46,594 bases of DNA from Gonapodya sp. JEL0774 (lineage: Eukaryota): positions 1 through 46,594 of the forward strand of contig JADIIX010000156.1 of assembly GCA_027604505.1 (NCBI GenBank), written 5' to 3'. Both the position numbers and the translations under genes were made by a program. The notes below the pieces were generated by a model, which was given only the letters and a program-made list of their open reading frames with translations, did no database searches and was not told the DNA's origin. Of this stretch, positions 1 to 11,480 are shown one piece after another. The first letter of the stretch is position 1. Each line of letters begins with the position of its first letter.

Positions 1-252
1 GTCGTGCAGCTCTACCTCAACCTCCCGTCGTGGACGTGCCAGACCCAGGGGTGCGCCAAGGAGCTCCGCGACTTTGACCGTGTGTACATCGAGGCCGGCA
101 AGACGGTCACGGTGACCCTCCACCTGTACCAGGACGATTTGAGCTTCTACTCGGTCGAACACACTGGGTGGGTTGTGCCGCAGGGACAGTTCCAGGTCTC
201 TGTGGGAGCGAGCTCGGCAGACATCAGGTCGACGGCCACGCTGAATCTTTGA
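1..252 (+). CDS. C-terminal fibronectin-III-like domain of a glycoside hydrolase family 3 beta-glucosidase (5' truncated by the window edge)
   Basis: VVQLYL...KELRDFDRVYIEAGKTVTVTLHL..DDLSFY....WVVPQGQFQVSVGASSADIR matches the GH3 Fn3-like C-terminus. Stop TGA at 250-252. Confidence 0.9.
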   Translation, partial: VVQLYLNLPSWTCQTQGCAKELRDFDRVYIEAGKTVTVTLHLYQDDLSFYSVEHTGWVVPQGQFQVSVGASSADIRSTATLNL

Positions 253-900
253 GGTGAGTGGGTTCACAACGAGATCAGAAATGCTTGCAATTTCCAGCGC
301 TCTTCCATGATTGCTCACGTCCCTTCTGACATTCCTCCACCCCCCTCACCAGCACCACCACTTCGTGGTCGTCTCTTGTTGATATATAGATGTGTAGTTT
401 TGCTTTAATATCGGCGGCCGTGTGCCACTGTCACAAATTCTTTATTGTCTATAGAGAAGGGAGAAGAGTGGGAATGTTTGTGTGGTAGACCTTTGAAAGA
501 ATTCATTAGAGTGATTGGCTGTCGCGGGTTTTCAACAGCATACTGAAGAGTGTTACATAATGGAATGAATTGTGACTTTGGATGATACTCCGTCTGGAAA
601 GCGTGAACATTCATTGATTGGTACATAAAAGATGGATTGGACGTTGGGTCCAGTTCATCTGGCTCTCCAACAACCCCGTTGACGCCGCCCGTCTCAATTA
701 TAGCGTGAATATAGATATATTAGGGGGCTTTCGAGGTAATTAGCCCATGAGTTCGTGGTCCGTCGTACAGGAAGTTCGGAGGGGTATGTGTGGTATTCGA
801 CATCTAAATACACATGTACAAGAAACGGTTAAAAAGTAAGGAAAAGGCCAATTTCTGTTTTGGTTTATTTTTTGTAGAGAAGTGGGTTAAGGGTTACGGT

Positions 901-922
901 TGTCACCCCCATGGGGGTGACA
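901..922. repeat. Perfect 22-bp palindrome
   Basis: TGTCACCCCCATGGGGGTGACA is its own reverse complement. Confidence 0.95.
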
Positions 923-1265
923 TGGGAAGTGCAAGGGTCACACGGTAGAAGTAGATTAGCCGCACGTGTTATAGAGCCGTGCTCCTGACCAGTCTCTCCA
1001 CGTGAGCAGACTCTATTGGTCCGGTGAGTACGCCAGAGCAAGGACTCGCGCTGGCATATTTGCTATTGTATGTTCATATTATACACTCTATTGGTCAGAG
1101 TCGGTCCTAGGGTGACAGTCTTGTTCCAACCTGACGTTCGGTTCAGCTCTCCATTGCCTCGCGCCCCACTCTCAATTATGATTGTTTTATTGGTATGTGC
1201 GCTCAACGCCAAGGTACAGCAAATGCCTTCTCAGCATCACGAAACTGGGGAGCGTCCGCGACCCG

Positions 1266-2503
1266 TCATTCTCTTTGGAATATGACCAACAATCCCAAAA
1301 CTCCTAACAGCGCAACCTTCAGCTGAGGATAGTCGTTCATAATGATAGTCACCATGCCTGCATAGGGCAGGAAACTTGGGTCAAGATGTAGAAATGGGCG
1401 GATGGAGAAGGAAACCGTCAGCATCAACGAGATGGGTTGTGCGCTAAGGAGATCTATATCCAAAATGCTATGCCCACCCTTGTACTTTGCCTATAACATC
1501 CTCGCGGTGGATCCAGAGCTGGTTCGGATTGTCTGGAGATTGAGTACAGAGAGTGTGAGTTCAGGGCAAAACACGACCATCACGTTGTGCTCACAAAGGC
1601 CTCGGTCATCAGCTGGATTGTTGTCGCCTTTCGTGAGAATGTACTGTTTGCCTGTGTCAATCCTGTTTTGCGCAAGGACAAAAGAAATCATGAGAAATCT
1701 GCAAAAAAATCGCTCAGGCGGCGTTTCGCGATATATGAACGCGACCGAGTCCGCTACTGCACGTTCCGTAAACAGGCCCTTTCCCAAAGTGTCGCTTACG
1801 GTGCGAGCCGGACTTCACTTTCCGAACGGGCTACCTTCAAACCTAGAGACTCCCACTAACAAGGCAACAGCCCAGAACCCAGCACACGTTTGCGTCGACG
1901 AAGTAGGCGCTACTCACTCGTCGTGCACGGTCAAAACTCTGTGTACAATCGGCACGTCTCGCCCTTTGATTTTGAACACAGTTATATCCCCAACTCGAAT
2001 GGGTGCATCCGGAAGGGATAAAAACAAAAGATCGCTGTGATGACGTGTAATGGACGAGATAGGAGCGCCGTCGGCAGAGTTCAGAGGCCTGCTCTCTGCG
2101 ATCATGTAGGAGAAACATCCTGGGTTCCTACCCTCGCTGAAAAGCCGGCTCCATACTCTCACTACAGCCACCATGGAACAGCGAAAATCAATGAGCATGC
2201 TATCAAATATGTTGGGGAGTCACCATTTCGCGAGGAATTGACACTTACCTCAGCACAACCACGATGGGGCTTTCGCTGTTGACATAGAGGGACCAGCCTT
2301 TCCAGAGCATGAAAACAGATGCTATGATCATGAAGAAATTCAGAGTCTGCAGAAGGAGCTGATGATGACGATTGTGGTAGAGAATCGCGATAGGGCAGTA
2401 AAGGAGAACTCGTTGGACTTTCGTAGCAGTGACTTTCATGGAAAACACCATTCACCTGCCTCAGAGACCATCCTTTAAGCTGGTCCTGGATCCATGAAAG
2501 CAT
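1266..2503 (-). CDS. SEC11: Signal peptidase complex catalytic subunit SEC11 (multi-exon)
   Basis: Spliced pieces: [16 protein letters not shown] / ..[19 protein letters not shown] / [10 protein letters not shown] / [25 protein letters not shown] / [15 protein letters not shown] / [35 protein letters not shown]. Catalytic Ser (SMEP) and His (IVHRV) are present. Confidence 0.96.
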
Positions 2504-2599
2504 CGGGCAGGGAGATTTCAACGAGGTTCTGAACCTGAACTGGAATGTCCCGTGCTCATTCAACCACTAACCTTATGTCAGAGTATTATGTAAACATAG

Positions 2600-3900
2600 C
2601 ATTTTGACAGATGAAACACCACCAGCATTTCAATGTTTTGTATCGTTGTACTTATGTTTTAGTCCTTCTGTTCTTCAACCCTTGCCCCATCGTCTTGAGA
2701 CACCAATTCCCAAACTGGATTCGAATTCGCTCAGGTGTTTTGCGAATATTGTAGTAGACCGCTGCACCTTTCCATTCTTGATGTGTCGATTGCCCTCTTC
2801 GCCCTTTGCACTCGTACCACATCGCCGCGATTTCTACAAATATTTGGAGTGTTACGGCATCACGCCAGACTAAAATCCGAAATTTTGACAACCTTTATCG
2901 TGGCACCATTGAAATGGTTGAGTGGCTCCAGTAGCCAGCTCAGCATTAGTAATTGGTGTGCAGTTTTCGGGCTCCCCATTTTTCGGATGGGGGATAAACT
3001 GAGGTCCGACACTGATCTCGCCAGTTTTTCTACCATCACCCTCCAACATTCGGTTTATCTCTTGAGTAAGCATGCTCCCAGAGCACTCCAGCGGGACGAC
3101 TACCGTTGTAGTGCTCCCTCTAGCGCTAAGGCCGTGCCTTGCACAGTGGTGATCGTCTGCTCCATGTCAAACAAGAGCGTCTGCTGTTTGGCCTGAAAAG
3201 AGATTTGTCATCAAGCCATAAAATAAGTACATATTGTGCGTTTGACCTTGCTCCCCGCCCTCCGGATGCTTATTCCGTCGTTCTACCTCACAGCAGGCAA
3301 ATGCTCCCGATTCTCGTCAAAGTCTGACAAGCTGCCTAACGTGGCTCTCCAGTGGTTGTTTTGGTGCACGCTGAACAATGCTTGTTTTATGCAGCAGCGG
3401 GAAAGAGGGGCCAGGTGGGCAGTACCGTTTGCGTTTGACGGCATTGTCGCAGACGCTCGCACCTACGATGTCTTTGTGGCACGCCCGCTCTTACAACTTC
3501 CTTACCACCCTACTGCGTCGCCCTCTTTGTTTTCTATCTGGCTTCGCTCTCGTTCCGGCTTCGCTTACCTTTGCTCTCGTCCCCACTTGGCCATCGCTTT
3601 CGTTCCTGTCGTCCCTCTCTTCCGCTCTTTCCGACTTTCCTCCCACCCTTTGCGTAACTATCGTCTTGCTCATTCCATCACTCTTCTTTGCTCGTTGTAC
3701 TCGCTCTTCCTCATAACGTCGCTCTTATCTGTTCTTTGCGTGACTTTCGTCCCACCGCCTCAACATCGCTCTGCTTCCTTGTCTCGCTCCTTTCAGCTCT
3801 TTGCGTGACTTTGGTCCCCCTCGCTGCACTATAGCTCTAGCCCCATTTGTCGCTCTCGTCCGATCAGCATCTGGGGAGTGCGGAATGAAGCATAGTCAGA
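2600..3900 (-). pseudogene. Possible degenerate gene with E/R/K-rich coiled-coil-like fragments
   Basis: Exon-like piece ttcag|AKQQTLLFDMEQTITTVQGTALALEGALQR|gt near 3193-3105, and a purine-rich charged stretch at 3480-3800 broken by stops. No family recognised. Confidence 0.25.
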
Positions 3901-5199
3901 AAAACTGCCAGAAACTATGGATTCGCAAGGGGTACTGGTCGTTTGTAAGAGGGGCGTTGCGTCGTTTTCAAGACAGTGTCCATCATCAAACTCGCAGAAC
4001 GTACTTCCAGCGGCGTGACGAGAGAGTGTGGAGGGCCATCTCGTGCATTCGTGGACGCGAAATAAGGATTGTGTTGGGTCATGGGTGGGTGGCTGGCAAG
4101 ACCCTGGTTTGAATCTCGCTCCTATGTGGACGAGTACTACGCACCAGGCTACGGCTGGAACAGAGGATTTGTCACGCTGTGTGCTGAAGGGATGCGGGAA
4201 CCTCCCCTGACCATGGGATGTAGCGATGAACTTCTACAACTTTGGATGCGTGAGAGGCTTCGTTGATGCGTTGATTTTCGTTACAAAGTTTCCGTCATCT
4301 TTCAGTTGGTGTCCGTGTTCCAAAGTGCTAATCCAACCAGCGACGATCCTGCATGCCCACATCAACTTAGACTGCTTTCAAGTTGGACTCTTAACAGCAG
4401 TACAGGACTTTGTTGTCCATATCTGATCAAGGCGCCCGGCTTCAAATGAAGTTAGGTGTTGCGAGGCCAGGCGGCGATTGGTGCTCGAAGTCAGACACTT
4501 TCGGCACATGATATTTGCATGTGATGGAGTGTACATCATGCTACATTCAGTCGTATAGGTGTACTGTAAATTACAACAACCGCCACACTTCATTCCAATG
4601 AACGGACGCCCAATTTGTACGCCCACGTCAAACTGTATACACAAATGGCATGAGATGGGCGGTTGGTAATACTGGAGACTAAACCAAGGTCGAACATTGG
4701 GGACACCCGTTATTGGCGTACCTTGGACTTCGTGGACTCTCCCCTGTAACTGAACGAACAAAAATCTCACCCTCACCTTGTTCTTTGCGTCGTCTTCCGC
4801 GAATCCACAAACGGGACTTTTGGAGTCAACATCACTGATCTTTAACCCCTCGAAGGTGGACCTGACCCTGCCTCTGCGAATGCTGCTCCGATCATTTACA
4901 GATTATCATGCCTTGACGATTACTTTCTCTAGTGCTCCATCCCTCCCACTCGATTCCCATCGGGCATCTAGCTATGAATCTTGAGGCTTTTCTTCCCTCT
5001 TCGTGTGCCCCCCCGCCCACATGCTGCTCTCTACGTACTTCGCCGATCATTCGCGGTCACCCACAGCATCCGTCGAATTTGACGTAAAAGCGAACGGGGT
5101 GGGACCGGTATAGGAAGAAAGTATTAAGCTCGGGTTGTGGAGACTGATGAAACGGAGATACTTTGCGGGTGGCCAAAATGTCATTCCCTAGGGCCACCA

Positions 5200-6450
5200 G
5201 CGCCGAATTGGATGACGTGGCCCTTCATGGTCGCGGTCTCTCCTCAGTCCCACTGTCGCCTCCTTTTATGCTATTACAAATACGGGTATATCTCTCGCAA
5301 CCTACCCGACAAACCTATGAAACGACAACACAAGGACCGCGTGACATCCTGCAGTATATCTCTGCCTGGTTCAGATCTTGGTCTGTGCTTTCTCCGGTGC
5401 CGCCTTTTCTCGGTCGCTCTCAATAGAGATCGAGACAAAGTGGCACGTCTTAAAGCTCAAACCTCTTTCAAACTGGGCGAGGGAGATATCCATTGCGGCC
5501 CCTCATTGCGGCGGGACGGAGTGAAGGAATACCGATTTCCTTTGGCGAGCCATGGTGGTCATAGGAGAAGACACGTGATTCGTTCGATTTTCGATCGATG
5601 GAACACTGCTCTGGGTGAGGCAAAGTCAGGGTAAGTGCAGAGTTCAAAAGACCCTGCCGCAACCATCTCTTCTTTCCTCGTAACAATCACTAACTATCAC
5701 AAACGCATCTGATAAACCGTGAGTGCCTGCTCTGGGTGCTGGTGTCGCACGCGCGTTGGACATGTCGGAGCATTCCTTGATGACCGCGTCTCTGATGGCT
5801 TCCGTTGCACTTCTCGGGTTCGTTTCATCTCGTTCACCTCAAACCATCCACTGCACAGCGCGACAATTTCCTATCTCATCGGCGATATGCGCAGTTCTAT
5901 CGTTCTTCTTTTCCTTCTCGTGTTACCGTGGCGTGATCCCGTGAGTGCCGCGATTTTGATTTGCGGATCACATTTGTCAAAATGTAACTGTGCCCCCGTC
6001 ATTTCAACGGATAGCCTTTTGTGGAAGCATCAGAAGACTCAAGCATCCTTTCCATTGCAGTAAACGCTACCAAATTCTCGACCAACTGTGCGGGCTACAA
6101 GTCCGGCGTCGGTATCCCTGGGTTCCACTCCGGCCCCTGGTGTTCAAATGTTCCTGTCCAAGGTCCTTACCTCAAACGCATGACTACCAGTGCAAAGGAT
6201 AACAGGTTTGTTGCTTCTTAAATCGGGCCCGTTAAATTTGTGCCCATTCTGACTCGCGAAATGCCGTATGGGCTCTCAATCAACCATCTCTGAAACTCGC
6301 AGGTCATCAATGTGCTCTATCTTTCGCCCCTCGCCGCCGGTGTGCCGCTACGAAGCAAATGCCACGAAGAATGAGGTCGGACTCGTTATGGTTTTCCCGG
6401 GCAGCACCCCTCGGGATATCACAGGTGCCTTCAATCTAATGCAAGGGTGA
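5200..6450 (+). pseudogene. Possible degenerate membrane glycoprotein gene
   Basis: Hydrophobic fragments in different frames (AVYLCLVQILVCAFSGAAFSRSL; LMTASLMASVALLGFV) and NxT sequons (VNATK, ANATK), interrupted by stops and frameshifts. Confidence 0.25.
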
Positions 6451-6479
6451 GTTGATACTTTCAAGATTCGGAGTCAAAA

Positions 6480-9400
6480 ATGAATCCCATGGAATATAAT
6501 TATCTCCCCTCGGCAACGATGCAGCCCATCGGTATCAGCACGGCTGAAAGGGTCTCAGCGACCCGCGCTACCCACATGCGGTCTGAAGCGACCGCTTCCT
6601 CCAAAATCCGCTGTTTGGAATGCCTCCATTCAAACGAATTTGGAACGTGTGGACGTCGCGGTGTTCCGGGTTTATTCAGTTGTGACCCCAGGAGAGGGAA
6701 GGTGAGAACCGAGTTGCATGGCACATGGGAACTGAATCGGATCATCGAGAACGTGGTCTCTTACAATTGTGCTTTCCGACCATGCAGCTTTCGTCTCACG
6801 AAATCGTCCGCGCTGGTGCCGGGATACGGTAATGTCACGATACTCGGGAGTCCTACCTTGCTCTCCAGGTGTGTTATCTACACTGCTTCAAAGTAGTTCG
6901 ATGCCAACATGATTGCACTCACATTTTCTGTTGATCGTTTTTTGTTTCTGCCCTCCAGCGAACCCGGGTTCAACAATACACTACCCGCTCCAGATCAAGT
7001 ACCTCCGACCGGGATGGGAAGTTCGATGAACTTGTTGAGCAAGTGAGTTTAGTGTCATTGCGCAAAATGTCAAGAAGAGTGACTCACATTGGTTGTGAAC
7101 GTTTTCCATGTGTGACTTCCAGCGAACCCGGGTTCGAGATTACGCTCACAAAAATACGAGCCCCAGATCAAGTACCTCCGACCGGGATGGGAAGTTCGAT
7201 GAACTCGTTAAGCAAGTGAGTTTAGTGTCATTGCGCAAAATGTAACACGATTGACTCACAGTGGTTGTGAACGTTTCCTATTTTTGCCCTCTTGCGAACC
7301 CAGGCTCCACGTCAAAGAAGTACCTCCGACAGGGATGGGAAGTTCGATGAACTCGTTCACAAGGTGAGTTTTGTGTAATTGTGCAAAATGTAAACGCGTT
7401 TGACTCACATTGGTTGTGAACATTTCTCTTTCTGCCCGCAGGGAACCCGGGTTCGAGATCACGCTCACAAAAATACGAGCCCCAGATCAAGTACCACCAA
7501 TAGTGGTGGGAAGTGTGACGGACTCAATAAAGACGTAAGTAGTTTGTCATCGGACCAAAGTGAATCTCTGGCATTGACATCGGGTGTATGCCACTTGCGT
7601 TGATGGATTGTTCTTACCCAGATCGTCCTTCGCTTTCCTTTTCCACTCTATAAACTGGACTGCGCTCTTTCTCGGAGCGATTGTTGTTTTGAACATACGG
7701 CAGCTTCAGACATCCCGCCAGGAGTTGGCTCGTTGTGAGGCTCGCATCTCAGTTTTAGAGGCTCAAGTCAGGGACATGAGGGTGAGTGGTTTTGAGAAAG
7801 CAATCGTACGACTGTTTTGTGACTATCTGGAACTGACCATCCCGCCTCAAAGGCTCAAATGCAGTGTTTGCTTTATCGGACCACCAGCATCACGGCAGCA
7901 CCACAAGTTCTTCGCTCTCGCCACAAGCGTTTCAAGCCTACCAACCTCCCGAACTCACTTCTGAGGTTTTTCTTGGAAGAATTGTTTCGAGACAACCTCT
8001 GGGCTCACGCAGCGACGGGACTCACCGAAACAAGGCATCGTATTGTCATCGAGGCTGGTGTGAACATAAAGCACACGCTGTACGTATTTGCATTTGGTTC
8101 TTTTGCATCCCGACAAATTTAAATGAAGTGCGTTGGTGCTTTCTTCTAGCCTTGGTGTTTCTACCTCGCTGTTGGGTTCGTTCGTACCACCTGCCCCTCA
8201 GCTGCAATCAAGCTGCACGATTTCACTGGAACCTTTAACAACTGTGAATTTAAATTTCGAAGAGTGTCGGGGAGCTCTTAGAGAGATGGCCGTCAAGCGT
8301 GCAAGGATACACTTTACGAGACCAAGCGGTGAGTTCGATTTCCAGAACCTAGATCCGTTGTGTTATCGACGCACCGTTCACATCTCTGTGACACCAAACT
8401 TATTAAACCAGGGCCTCATGGTTCTGGACTCCTTGTCTCCAATGGGTCAGACCGTATTCTTCAACACCAATGGCTCCGTAGTTTTGCATCAACAAAGTGG
8501 TCATGGCCAAGGCGCAGCAACATGGAAACAACCAACATTGGCATGATAAGTCATTTTCAACAGCTGGAGTATACACGATCAGATGCCATTGAGGTTTCCC
8601 AGCCCAATGTTTCTAAAGCTCTCGTGGAGCACTCAAGTCATGGATCACCCACACAGTTTCTTGTGGTCCGGCAATCAGTTTCCTCGAATGTTTCTGCTTT
8701 GGCCCAACCTGCACTTGAAACCTCACATTCCCAACGCCGCACTTCACCTGTGTCTCAGAAAACCTCTCGTGGCTCGCAGCGCACCCGCATCCGAACTCCA
8801 GCTGGGCCATCCAACCCGTCGCCAGTCCCACCGGATCCTCCTGCCCTCGCGCCAATATCAACTCCTCGCGCCCAGCCCGCTCTTCGAAAAATGTATTTGT
8901 CTACTCCCATCGATAGGACGATCATTCGAGACCCGCGGACTCCACTTGCTTCAGTTGCTTGTCTCTCTCTGCCTCATGTTACTTCAACGCTATCAAGACA
9001 CTCTTCGAGTTCCCACACGATGAAGTTGGGAAAAGCTGTAGCCGACAAGATAATGCTACATCTGCCGGACGAGAAAGGTGTCGAAAACAAAAGTGCGGTG
9101 AAGCTGACTGAAGGTGTCGAAAAAAAAAATGCGGTGAAGCTGACTGAAGGGCCTCTTGTGGTAAGTTGATGTATGGAACTCATGGATCAACAGCGATTTC
9201 ATACGTGATGGTTCCTCGACCCCTTTAGGCGGATCAAGCATCTCCGATGCCTTGCCACACCACCGTCAATTGCCAACTTGGAATCAGTGTAGAGACGGAG
9301 GGGCCCACTTGCAATATTGCGACTGACACCACATGCCAGGTGGTACGAATGACAGCCATGACTGCTGACCAAGTGGACTGTGCCATAGCTGATATCGAAA

Positions 9401-11480
9401 CCACCCCTGAGGCCGCAGATGACACTCACGACACCACCACAGTCGTGCCCACGATGCGCGGTCCCGTATCTGTGGAGTCAGCGGTCGAATCACCGTCCCT
9501 GCATCGGTTGCACAACCCGCGCTCCCCAACGCGCACTCCACACTCGCACTCGCACATCGCAAATCTCCCGCCCTCTCAGAAATCACCTTCTCTCCGTCTC
9601 CCGCACACTCGCTCTCGCAGGTCAAGTCTCAAAGACGAATCGGTTGTACCAGTAATGTCAAGTTTACCAACTCAAATTCCCTTCCCCCTGGACTGGCACA
9701 TCTCGCACACTCGCCGCTGGGCTTCCCTACTGAATCTCAGCGCATCGAACTCCAACAATGCTCCTCTGCTTATCTACGCCTCCCTCGCTGCGCACTTGCG
9801 GTCTCTGGTCTCGGCAAACCAATGCAGTTCCGAACTCGCTCTCTCGGTAGAGTACTTTGCCCTATCCCTCTCACCACGCGATTCCAAAGACGCTTCCAAA
9901 AAGCGCAGTGCGCAATCTCGAGAGCACTCCCAATCCCTCACTCCCTTGTCGTACTCCTACCACCTTCAATCACCCACATCCAAACCCTCGTCACCTTCTT
10001 CACCTTCTTCCCGCCACCGTCTCCGCCCCTGCTCCCTCGATATCGGATTCGTTACTTCATTTCCCTCCCCCTCCAACCCGCTTTCTCTCATCACAATCCG
10101 TCTCCCCTTGGACAATGACGCTCTTCCCTCAGCCGCCCACCTTTTCGACGTTATTGCCGGCATCTACGGCCTCTCCTCAGTGGGATATCACCACCTCGCA
10201 CCAGAATCAACGATTGTGCGCAGCCGTAGCCGTACCCGCAGACGGAGATCCCCGTCGCCTGCCCACAGCGATGATTCGGAGCCGTCCTCGGTGTCGTCGC
10301 CCGTAACCAGTTCGTCCACGGGCAGTTGGAACGAATTAGATCTGGCGACAAGTGTATCACATGACAGTGGGATGGGCGAACTCCCTTTGGACCTAGACAA
10401 TCGTGTACAGCATGCTGCTGTCACATCATCATCCTCGATGGATAACGTGAGCGAGGCGCCTCAGGAACGTGCTGAAGACGGCGCGGAATCTGAATCAGAG
10501 TCGGACTCGGAGTCAGACACGGAGGTGGAAGGTCAGGGAGATAGGGAGATGGACACTGAGACTGCGTATGCGTTGAACACGGATGAGACTCATTCAGCCC
10601 AGAAAAAATATGTGGCCCGTGTTGCCGCGTCCCAAGACGACGCTAAACAGTTGCGAGGGGAGGAAGTTGCAGCATCTGCGCATCCAGATGCATCGACGGT
10701 CTCGGAGATGGTCCAGTACCCTCCGTCCCCACCCCGAACCACCTTACCCGGCACTCAAACGAGTATCGACACATTGGATTCAGCTTCTACACAGCTGCAA
10801 GCCGACAAGCCACACCCTTCGTCCCCACCTTTGTCCAAAGCGGTGAGTCTCCGTTCACACACCTTGACTATGTTGGTTGTTGCTCATGCGTCGCCCTTGG
10901 TCGATTCCACCAGCCCTCTCCCCCGACTTCCCCCCGTCTTACCCACACGGGCCTGTTGGAAGGCGGCATCGGGAGGCGAAGTCGGTTTTCTCCATCCGCT
11001 TCAAGATTATTTCAGTATGCTCTCGGTATTTCTTCCTCACCCTCTGCCTCCCAGCCACACCTTCCTCTCCAACGTGGACCTGTCCAACCGTCGTCCCAGG
11101 TCCGCCAGGAGAGTCGCAATGTTCAAGCTGCACCGATCCTCCGAGGGAGGGGTTTCGATACAGGCACTGCACGCTCAAACCCTGCCGTCTTAGATCCCCG
11201 CGGAAGCGCGCCGGTGGAGTTCAAAGCCCGCCACCGGCAGCACCGTCATGATAGCTCTGGGAACATGGGCATTGCCACACACTGGCAAGATCGTGCGGAT
11301 GGGAGCTCGGATCAGCGAAGAGGAAGGGGAGGAAGTGGGGGGGCAGGATGGTCTGAGGCGGGACGTTGGACGTCAGGCGCACCTCTCCCGCCGATGGACA
11401 TGCAATGGAGTTGGAGCGGGGGCCGAAAAGAGTCGGATAAAATCTCTGCTTGGGAGAAGCTCCGTAGCGTTCGGCGTTGA
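6480..11480 (+). CDS. Large multi-exon orphan gene: repeated N-terminal exons, coiled coil, F-box-like motif, long S/P-rich disordered C-terminus; 5' end possibly disrupted
   Basis: Phase-consistent introns link the repeated exons (6959-7534) to LQTSRQELARCEARISVLEAQVRDMR, then ORFs 7859 (TNLPNSLLRFFLEELF, F-box-like), 8133, 8360, 9247 and, via intron 10843-10913, ORF 10956-11480. Start is uncertain: the putative exon 6788-6868 has an in-frame TAA at 6830-6832. Confidence 0.6.
6869..7540 (+). repeat. Four tandem intron+exon duplication units (about 150-175 bp each)
   Basis: Exons 6959-7042, 7123-7215, 7295-7363 and 7442-7534 share (C/G)GAACCC.GG...AAGTACC.CC..GGGAAGT..GA. The introns share gtgagttt..GACTCACA.TGGTTGTGAAC; the first intron (6869-6958) is a more diverged copy. 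Confidence 0.93.
9075..9150 (+). repeat. 36-bp in-frame direct duplication (GVENKSAVKLTE / GVEKKNAVKLTE)
   Basis: AAGGTGTCGAAAA.AAAA.TGCGGTGAAGCTGACTG starts at both 9075 and 9111. Confidence 0.9.

Noticed and set aside
1402..2040. 212-aa + strand ORF
   Set aside because: It is antisense to SEC11 exons and introns and shows no protein-like signal.
6869..7540. CRISPR-like or satellite interpretation of the tandem array
   Set aside because: Units are homologous along their full length, have no unique spacers and match splice signals. The context is eukaryotic and there are no cas genes.
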